The position numbers and the translations under genes were made by a program. From contig OX597818.1 in the NCBI GenBank assembly GCA_951406725.2, positions 39,742,001 to 39,806,000 of the forward strand: DNA of 64,000 nt. The letters run 5' to 3'. Shown here in pieces: positions 54,669-64,000 of the stretch; position 1 is the stretch's first letter; each line of letters opens with the position of its first letter. The notes beneath the pieces are model-generated. The model saw only the letters and a list, made by a program, of their open reading frames with translations. It ran no database searches and was not told the DNA's origin. Source of the stretch: Octopus vulgaris (taxonomy: Eukaryota).

Positions 54669-55219
54669 CAAGCATAACTACTACATGAATGCAGTTTATC
54701 TATAGGTGCCCAGTGCACGTGTGAACTCGCGCTAATGTTGTAGTTATGCTTGTCAATAAAAACGTATTTTAGTTCTTCTCAGTGTATACTGAATACTACT
54801 CACGTAGTATATACAGTACCTGGAATGATTGTAGTAGGTGTTATGGTTTTATGCCTATGTGAATTAAACAAACGGGAATAAATTTACCTCAGTGGCTGTG
54901 TGGTAAGAAGTTTGCTTCCCAGCCGTATGGTTCCGGGTTCAGTCCCACTGCATGGCACCTTGGGCAAATGTTTTCTACTCTAGCCTCGGGCCGACCAAAG
55001 CCTTGTGAGTGGATTTGGTTGACGAAAAATAAAAGAATCCTGACTTGCATGTACAATTTTAGTTTATTTAAATAGGATACTTAATTATGAGTGAGCAGGA
55101 TTCAAAGATAATTGGTAATATTTCAGCCAATATTATCTTATATTATATATATAAGATAAGATAAAATTTACTCGGAAATGGATGCATGACGTTCAATCAC
55201 ATATAATAATATGAATAAT

Positions 55220-55825
55220 ATATATTTGCATATATACATACATACATGTACAAACTTACATATATATGTATATACACATGCATATATGGGTACAGGACAT
55301 CAAAAAACGTAAACAACATGAAAAAGGAGAAAATGAAATACGAAAACATAGATAACGAACTTTTTTGCGAACAGCAAAAAAACAAAAAAAACAAAAATAG
55401 AAAAACAAGACAGGCAACATACAGAACAATCCCTTCACCAGTTTTCCACTGTTTTATCTACTCCGCATTTCGATCATTAGGACAAGATGCGTCTTCGTCA
55501 AAACATTTGCTCCCACAAAGCAAATTAAATACAATTTGGGATTTGCGGAGGATCAAAGATGGTAACAAAAACAGGACAGTGAAAACAAACAGTAAGAGCT
55601 GTTAAGCCATAACGAGGTGAAGTGGTGAAGGGATTGTTCTTTGTGTTGCTTGTCTTGTTTTCTATTTGTTTTTGTCGCTGTTCGCAAAAAAGTTCGTTTT
55701 CCATGTTTTCGTATTTCATGTTCTCGTTATTCGTGTTTTTTACGTTTTTTGACATCCTGTACCCATATATGCATGTGTATATACATATATATGTAAGTAT
55801 GTACATGTATGTATGCATATATGAA

Positions 55826-55830
<5 letters not shown>
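55220..55830. repeat. Fold-back element with ~210-bp arms
   Basis: 55220-55440 is the reverse complement of 55620-55830. Confidence 0.85.
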
Positions 55831-55864
<34 letters not shown>

Positions 55865-56090
55865 CTTTACTACCCACAAGGGGCTAAACACAGAGGGGAC
55901 AAACAAGGACAGACAAAGGGATTTAGTCGATTACATCGACCCCAGTGCGTAACTGGTACTTAATTTATCGACCCCGAAAGGATGAAAGGCAAAGTCGACC
56001 TCGGCGGAATTTGAACTCAGAACGTAACGACAGACGAAATACGGCTACGCATTTTGCCCGGCGTGCTAACGTTTCTGCCAGCTCGCCGCC
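55865..56090 (-). mobile_element. tRNA-derived SINE, MetaSINE-like central domain
   Basis: Minus strand GAGTTCAAATTCCGCCGAGGTCGACTTTGCCTTTCATCCTTTCGGGGTCGATAAATTAAGTACC; diverged copies near 31.0, 41.2, 47.9 and 48.3 kb. Confidence 0.7.
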
Positions 56091-56091
56091 T

Positions 56092-56176
<85 letters not shown>

Positions 56177-56180
<4 letters not shown>

Positions 56181-56767
56181 TCGCCACTTCATCCTACATG
56201 GATATTCCCTCGCCACTATTCACACCGCCCTTGTCAGAGCACTTCCGTAGGCCGTGCATCTGCTCTCTGTTGGTCAACAGCTTCTTCCCTAACCCAATCT
56301 CCCAACCCAGTTCATTCCCCTGCTCCTGCCCACGCTGCCGCACTTACCCTTACCTCTCCAACACCAGCCTCCTCACCGGTACCCATCATCGACCCTATCA
56401 CATCACCGACTCCTTCACATGCACTTCTATCAACGTCATCTACTACATCTGCTCTCTCTGCCCTTCTCTGTATATCGGGCAAACGGGACGCCGCTTGGCT
56501 GACCGGTTCGCGGAACACCTCCGAAACATCCGACTCGGCAATAACACCCCGGTCTCGCACCATTTCCGCTCTACCGGTCACTCTTTGCAACACCTGTCCG
56601 CGTTCGGATTGTCCTTGCACAGGCGCCATCCGGACTTCCGTTTGCACCGTGAAAAGGGATTAATCTTCTCTCTTCTCTCCTTTGTGCCACATGGGCTCAA
56701 CTCTCCTCCCCTCTTCATCTAACCTCCTCCCCGCACCTTTGTCTTTTGTTTTTTGTGAATTCTCCCT
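56177..56767 (+). mobile_element. Penelope-like element 3' fragment (GIY-YIG endonuclease) inserted in (TA)n
   Basis: FTCTSINVIYYICSLCPSLYIGQTGRRLADRFAEH...PVSHHF...PHGLN. Confidence 0.88.
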
Positions 56768-56768
56768 A

Positions 56769-56804
<36 letters not shown>

Positions 56805-56859
56805 TGTATGTATGTATGTATGTATGTATGTATGTATGTATATATATATATGTGTGTAC

Positions 56860-57231
56860 AGAATTTAGAGAAAAAACCTCTATTAAACAATTCAACAATT
56901 CAATAGTGAAAGTCGTTATTCACACCATATAGAAAAAGTTAAATATACTATAGAAAACATTATTCTAAAAATCAATAGAGTACATAAACAATTAATAGTA
57001 AATACTATTTACTATTTATAATTTATTGTTTATGTACTCTATTGATTTTTAGAATAATGTTTTCTATAATATATTTAACTTTTTCTATATGGTGTGATTA
57101 ACGTCTTTCACTATTGAATTGTTTAATAGAGGTTTTTCTCTAAATTCTATACATATATTATATATTGTGAAATTTGATTTAGAATTGCTAAATTGAATTT
57201 TTCCCTGTAAGTTTGGAATTATATTCCCTAT

Positions 57232-57232
<1 letters not shown>
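56860..57232. repeat. Fold-back element with unique end; second family member at 62540-62785
   Basis: 56860-57000 is inverted at 57010-57150; 57085-57232 is the reverse complement of 62545-62700. Confidence 0.8.
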
Positions 57233-57320
<88 letters not shown>

Positions 57321-57860
57321 ACAGGGTGCGTAAGGTATTTGAGGACATACCTTTTTTGGGTCATTGCTGCATTCTTTGCTAATTCTGTATAATTCTTGTT
57401 TCAGAAAGTAATAATGGCAGACCCTCAGCTTACTCAAGAAATGAAGAGGCATGCTGTTATTCTGATTATAAAGGCTGAGCATAGTGATTTAGAAATATCT
57501 CGATTTTTAAAAGTTTCGTCTACAAAGTTTGTAAGGAGCTAGAGACTGAAGATGAAAATGTATCACCAGTATCAAAGCATAAAAGGCATTCTGAACACTT
57601 TGAAATCATCAAAACACCTGAATTTATCCAGCAAGTTCAACAGACCATTGATTACAATCCCAAAAATTTATGAGATCAATTGCAAAAGATCTCCATGTGT
57701 CAGAAGGAACAGTCAGAAATGTTGTCCACAAAACCATCAGATATAAGTCTTATATGATGGGGGAAGGTCAATTTGTCAGAAAAGCAAAAGAAAACCACTA
57801 CATCAGATCTAAAAGGCTCTTAAACAAACTGAAAAATCCAGTAGAAGATTTGATTTGGTT

Positions 57861-58771
57861 TTTAGCGTGGGAAGTCGCTAATAAAAATGTCGCTAATAAT
57901 AATTGGACTGAATCATTAATCCAATAACCATGAAATACCTCTTAGTTAGTTAGTTAGTTAATTTGGCTCAAAAGCAAATAGCAAGGCCATGTAGGGGGAC
58001 ATGGAGTTAAGTACAGGGTGGTGTTCATGTAAAGAGTTCAGGCCACTTGAGGTCAAGGGAGGCTTTGAACAAAGCGGTCGTCGGCATCTTTACCATCTCG
58101 TCTGGCAGCTTGTTCCACGGATCCGCAACCCGGACGGAGAAAGCTCCTCTCCTTCGATTGAGATGAGATCGTCGCAGGTAGAGCTTTTCGGAATGACCCC
58201 GCAGCCGACGCTCTGTGCAGCAAAAGAGAATAACACTCATCCTGTGTGAATAGCTCCATGTTCAAGGTTTTATTCCGATATGTGATAAATGAACACGTAC
58301 AGTGAATATACAATGTTCAATAAAGATTTCTGGGAAGAAGAAAGGTTCTGAACAACTTGCCATGTTCCGTGATGACTTTGAGTATATAGAAATAAATCAA
58401 GCTACGAGATTTACTTTCAACAGGCACTAGACATAGAGCACCATGACGAGCTATTGGTAGGAAATCAGGTATTGAATTCATGTGCCTGGTTTTCTCTAGG
58501 TCGCAGTGGACCTTATCACGTCTCGGAGCAACAGTTGGAGGAGAGACTGATTTAAGCAGGAATGCACGCTTAAATAGGCAGTGTGCTACTAGCGACTTCC
58601 TACGTGTTATTTTGATGTTATGCGTAGTAAATTAGCAAGCGGGGAGTTAATGATGTTTGCCTGGAAATTTCTGGAATATTGTAGAATGTTCGATCAGGAG
58701 GGATAACTGTTGTTGACTCCCAACGAATATTTTCTGGGCTTGCGAATTTGTTTCAATTAGCGTTGCTTACA
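57861..58771. mobile_element. LTR-like insertion with 4-bp TSD inside the maT transposase
   Basis: GGTT on both sides, ends TTTAG(TG mutated?)...TTACA; removing it restores the transposase frame. Confidence 0.65.
57942..58265 (-). mobile_element. CR1/L2 LINE 3' fragment with (TAAC)n tail
   Basis: LRGHSEKL...RRGAFSVRVADPWNKLP...FKASLD. Confidence 0.85.
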
Positions 58772-59364
58772 GGTTTTTCTCAAACGAGAAAAACTTCGAC
58801 CAAGATCAAAAAGTTAACAGAAGAAATAACAAATGGTTATGTGCAGAGCCTTCTGAAGTTCCAAGTGTTATGCATACAAAATTTCCTGCAACTGTCATGG
58901 TCTTAGGGGTTGTCAGCAATGAAGGACATGTGATGCCTCCATACTTCTTTCCACAAAGCCTTAGAGTTGACTCTGCTGCCTACACTGAGGTCCTGGAAAT
59001 AATTGTTAAGCCCTGGATAGATAATGTATGCAATGGAAGGCCACATGACTCTAGTAACACAGGATGGGTGAAACTTTTCATGATCACATAACCCCTAACA
59101 TTTGGCCTCCTAATTCCCTAAATTTTAATCCATCGGACTATTACATGTGGACCATTGTTGAGAGAGAGGTCAATGAACACGCCCATAAAAGCAAAGATTC
59201 TTTGAAAGCTATCATAGTCAGAGTAATGTCCAAAATGAACCAAGACCACTTGATTCGAGCATGTAGATGATTTAGATCTCATATAGAAGCAGTTGTTAAA
59301 GCTGAAGGTGGCTTTATTGAATAGCATTGTTAAAAAGATGGTTTATTTTTATCCTCATAGCTTT

Positions 59365-59856
59365 ATGACAAGATATTGAAGAGTTGTGGGCCCTTTAAGC
59401 CCAAACTATTGTAGTATCTGGTCCAGACAGCAATGTTGGAAATTTTGCTATTATGCAGTAGCGCCCCATTCTGCTATTTGTGTAACTGGCAGTGCCAAAG
59501 TTTGGTACAAGTTCTCGGATTTTCCAGATGTATATTACGGCATATCTTTCCTACATTCGTTTAAGGGAGTAGATTCTTAACTTTTTCTGTCTCTCCCAGT
59601 AGCTGACTTGTCGCATTGAGTCGATGTTCTTTGTGTAGCTTCGTTGGATTGCCTCAAGTTCTGTCGTTAATTTTACACTGTTTGGTGACCACAGTTGCGA
59701 GCAGTAATTCAGACAGCTGAGAACGAAAGTCCTCCAGAGGGCCATCATGATTTCTTGTTCTCTCATTTTGAAAGTTCGAAGGATCCATCCGGCCAACTGT
59801 CTGCATTTTATTGCCAACTGAGTAATATGCACCTGGAAAGATGCATAATTACTCAT
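59365..59856 (-). mobile_element. CR1/L2 LINE fragment
   Basis: GWILRTF, LNYCSQLWSP and LEAIQRSYTK motifs. Confidence 0.8.
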
Positions 59857-59944
59857 GTATGTATATCTGAATGTATGTATATTCTTTACATAAATATATT
59901 ACGTTTACACACGCACACACACGCGCGCGCGCGTATTAGATTAG

Positions 59945-62426
59945 TCCTCTGGTCCGATACCCAAGAGGTATTTGGATGGTTTAAGCTTCTAGAAATTCGT
60001 AAGAATAGTAAATTCTTGCAACTGGATATAGTGAGCTATTATGCCACTATTAACCGATCGTTCTTAATCAAGCCCTGATTTTTAGCATGAAAAATTCCGA
60101 TTTGTCCTGACGCGAAACAGATATTATACTTGCCGCGCGAGTCACTCTAGTAGATTTTGATGGTAGATTATGGAGTAGATTAGATAGGGAGAATGCATTT
60201 GATATAGCAATGGGCTCATATGATTCTGCTCAAGCCAGTGACCCAGTCGGAATATATATCCTTTCATTAATCCAGTCTACCTTTCCAGAAGTAACAGAGG
60301 GTATATATAGGGATGACGCCTTATTTTTTTTTTAGCAAAGTACAGTTAGAAAGGCATAGGAAAAACTAAGACTTTTCAAAAATTTAGGACTAAACATCTT
60401 AACTATACGTAAAGATTATCGTAGAGTGACCCTACTTTCTGTCTTGATACTGGATTATTTGAACCATTTCATGAGCCAAATGATCATATTAAGTACATTA
60501 ACATAACATCCAACCATCCACCTTCGATTATACGGGGACTAATTAAGAATATTTCTACAAGAATCTCTAGATTATCCGTTAATAATAAAATTTTCTTATC
60601 ACATGCAACTTATTATAATACTGCTCTGGCTAGGGCTGGGTACCGTAAAAAATTCAATATATACAATAAGCTGACATGCTCAACATTGGTAATTCTTCTA
60701 ACTATGATATACATTGCATACCACCACAACGTCACGGTTTGAGAACCCAATCAGATAAAAAAAACACAGACCAGGAAGAATTGGTCGTGTCAATGTGCTA
60801 CCAATGAAAACTCATAGACACACGCGACATAATAATCCAACTGCTTGTTCCAATCCTGTACAACACACTCGATCAAATAAGCCTAACAACAGATATAGGA
60901 ATCAGGATGTCCTCTGGTTCAACCCGATTTTCGGTTTGCATGTTTCAACCAAGATCGTTGGAAAATGTTTTGCTGCTTTGGACAAATGTTTTCCTAAATC
61001 TAATCGGTATCATGCTATTTTTAATCGACACGCCGTGAAGGTGTCCTACGCCAACATTACAAATTTAGAGCAGCTTGTGCATCGCATAAACAATATCAAA
61101 ATGCGGCAAAGGTCCAATAAACCCACCTACTGGATCTAGCGAACATTTGCATCTAAATACCAACCAAGGAGATGTAAACCGCAAGGATAAATACCAACTA
61201 CGATCAATTTTTGGTAGTAGAAATACTTATGATACAGCTAACACGTTAACAGCACCGGTAAATGGAGTTGGGACTGCCTTATATACAAATAAATACGATA
61301 AATGCGCATGCAGAGAAAAATCAAAATGTCCTTTGGTGAATGTCTGTATGAGTAAAAATCTTGTATATAAATGTACCGTGCACAGAAGGGGAGGGCCGTA
61401 TGTTTGCACTGAGCAGACGGCTGATTCATTTAAGAATCGTTATCATAACCATGTTGCCAGCTTTAAGACAATCAATAAGAGACATTCAACATATTTGGCA
61501 GATTTTGTATGGCGATTGAAGGAGGATAAATGAAGTACAGCATAAATTGGTCCATAGTAAGGTACGCGAAACCATAGAATATAATTTCCAGGAGATACCG
61601 TCTCTGCTCTGAGGAATCCCTTTCTATTCTGTGGATGAACGAGAAGATCATTAATAGAATTTCTGAACGACTCTCGAAATTCCTACACGTATATAAATGT
61701 ACTTTCGCACAATGCAGTGGAAATGAATTTTGAGTAACCGTTTTCATAATTTAATTTATTTTAAGGTATGGATGACTTAAGTTTATTTTTAACCTCTACA
61801 TTTTTACAAACACCAAGTAGATAGCTTTGTGATCGTGAGTGCAGCAAACTTCACGTGTGCGTAGCTCACATTTTTGCAGATGCTTCTATGAGCGAGTGTA
61901 CTCGCGCCATGCAGCTTGCCCGAAGGCGTTTATACATCCATATTTGTTAACGGTTATATCTAATACTTTTCTCGCCGGATTGTGTGTTTGTTTTTCTTTT
62001 TGCCATCTGTGATTTTATTTTTGATCTTCTATATATTTCCTCCATCTAGCTGATTTTCTCTCAACTAAACGGGAAGTTACATTGCGGAACTGTCGTTTTA
62101 ATGAGTTGTATTTATTTATCACCCGACGAGATACATCTGCACCGCAGGATGCTCCTGAACGAGTTGTTGAGTGTTCCACCCATGAGGAATCGATGCTTGG
62201 TATGTCGAAACAATTGTCATGGTTAATAATAAATACTTGTATATTCCATCTTACGTCTTTCATTTGCCATCCTTGGATCTTTCCTTTTTCTATGTTTCTG
62301 ACGAAGAGCTCCGCTCGAAACGTTAAATCCTCCTTCTTTCTTTCCTTTCCTGAGCGTCCAATAACACTATACTTGTTCCACATCCTAGCGTTGTTGTGTT
62401 TTCTCTTTGCGTTTTCATGTTTGGAT

Positions 62427-62428
<2 letters not shown>
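59945..62428 (+). mobile_element. Decayed Penelope-like element (RT plus GIY-YIG) with hammerhead-containing 3' region
   Basis: IAMGSYDSA, GIYRDDAL, SNHPPSI, VLWFNPIF, CPLVNVCMSKNLVYKC and FKNRYHNH motifs; many stops; ends in (TA)n. Confidence 0.8.
62294..62328 (+). ncRNA. Minimal type I hammerhead ribozyme
   Basis: GTTT-CTGACGA-A-GAGC-tcc-GCTC-GAAAC-GTT-AAAT. Confidence 0.7.
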
Positions 62429-62463
<35 letters not shown>

Positions 62464-62508
62464 GTATGCATGTATGTATGCATGCAACCATGTATGTATG
62501 TATGTATG

Positions 62509-62539
<31 letters not shown>

Positions 62540-63061
62540 TGATAGTAGGGAATATAATTCCAAACTTACAGGGAAAAATTCAATTTAGCAATTCTAAATC
62601 AAATTTCATCATATATGATATATGTAATTAAGAGAAATAACCTCTATTAAGTAATTCAATGGTGAAAGACATTATCCATATTATATAGAAAAAAATTTAA
62701 ATATACTTTAATAAATATTATTCAAAAAAATTTTTCTGTGTAATATGGATAATGTCTTTCACTATTGAATTACTTAATAGAGGTTATGTATGTATGTATG
62801 TATGTATGTATGTATGTATGTATGTATGTATGTATGTATGTATGTATGTATGTATTATGTATGTATGTATGTATGTGTGTATGTGTGTATGTGTGTATGT
62901 ATGTATGTATGTATGTATTATGTATGCATGTATTTACGTATGTATGTAAGTATGTATGTATGGATATGGATGGATGGATGGATGGATGGATGTGTGTATA
63001 TGTATATATGAAAAAACAAGTCAGGATAGAAAATGCTAAAATAATTTTATAAAGAACATTT

Positions 63062-63097
63062 CAGTACCGGTTTCAGTCATTGAGACCTTTTCAACTG
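63062..63097 (-). ncRNA. Minimal hammerhead ribozyme, U3-A8 variant
   Basis: Minus strand: CAG-TTGAAAA-GGTC-tcaat-GACT-GAAA-CCGG-TA-CTG; stem I CAG/CTG and palindromic ACCGGT. Confidence 0.65.
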
Positions 63098-63190
63098 TAA
63101 CAATTAAATAATTAAATTTAGAAAAATTAAAAGAAAAGTCTTTTTAAAAGAATATTTGTATAGTGTTCAAATATAAGTGGCATTTTCCTT

Positions 63191-63282
<92 letters not shown>

Positions 63283-63288
<6 letters not shown>

Positions 63289-63908
63289 TTAAATTTATAC
63301 AAATTTATTACCAGTGGCCTAGCATGCATAAAAAGTCAATAGATTACATATTATTCAATATAAAATAGTGTATATTTAAAACACAAAGAGAAATTACCAA
63401 TAACAGGCAATTTCTCTTTGTGTACACTATTTCATATTGAATGATATGTAGTCTATTGACTTTTTATGCATGCTAGGCCACTGGTAATAAATTTGTATAA
63501 ATTTAATACTCTATATAGATATCTAAGTATCGATATTAGCTTTTCAAAGTTCGTTTCGGCATTCTTCATTTTCTGCCGACTGAAACTACACTTGCATGGT
63601 GGATTTTGAAAAAATTATAACACATAGAGATGAGACACTTGCTATCGGTCTCATGATTATTTGTTAGTCTTGGACGGCTCGGTTACTCAAGAGGATTTGC
63701 CTTGTATATTAAATTATTTTATTTTATTTACTAAAAAAAAACCCCGAAACCTATAGGTATAACTGTAAAAACAAGGTAAAAGTTTTTATTTTTCATTCCT
63801 TTTGAAATTGCTTAAACTTTTCTGTGGTCTTCAGTCGTTTTGACTGTCCTTAGCTTGTAGAAATTGCCTGTTATTGGTAATTTCCCATTGTGTTTTAAAT
63901 GTACACTA

Positions 63909-63912
<4 letters not shown>
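63283..63912. repeat. Compound fold-back element between (TA)n tracts
   Basis: 63283-63372 is inverted at 63423-63510; 63362-63415 is inverted at 63860-63912. Confidence 0.75.
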
Positions 63913-63987
<75 letters not shown>

Positions 63988-64000
63988 TATTTATATATAT

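Larger units (their letters stand above)
57322..59360 (+). mobile_element. maT-like (DD37D) transposon, decayed and interrupted
   Basis: TA-CAGGGTG left end; rejoined LIWFFSNEKNFDQ, TKFPATVMVLGVVS and WPPNSLNFNPSDYYMW motifs. Confidence 0.8.

Noticed and set aside
55428-55505. Hammerhead-like words inside the 55.2-55.8 kb fold-back
   Set aside because: Core fragments are present on the minus strand, but I could not build consistent stems I-III.

Overview
AT-rich, repeat-dense eukaryotic DNA, most likely from an octopus (coleoid cephalopod); this is inferred from the SINE families and microsatellite content. Positions 1-42 kb carry one minus-strand host gene that the ORF track mostly misses. 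I assembled by eye 11 GT-AG exons with mutually consistent phases (41841 down to 1693), giving about 473 aa without a stop. The protein starts with a signal peptide, runs off the left edge of the window, and resembles the mesothelin/otoancorin/stereocilin family (family call by motif only). The rest is transposon debris: tRNA-derived SINEs, CR1/L2, RTE and R4/Dong-like LINE fragments, Penelope-like elements, mariner/Tc1/maT copies, MITEs, Helitron-like elements and solo LTRs, often nested 3-4 deep. The most unusual signal is a set of minimal hammerhead-ribozyme motifs, several with a compensatory U3-A8 core. They sit in short non-coding fold-back or inverted elements with 12-15 bp target-site duplications and at the 3' end of a Penelope-like element, suggesting retrozyme-like elements mobilised by Penelope. 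All calls are manual; no database searches or folding computations were run.
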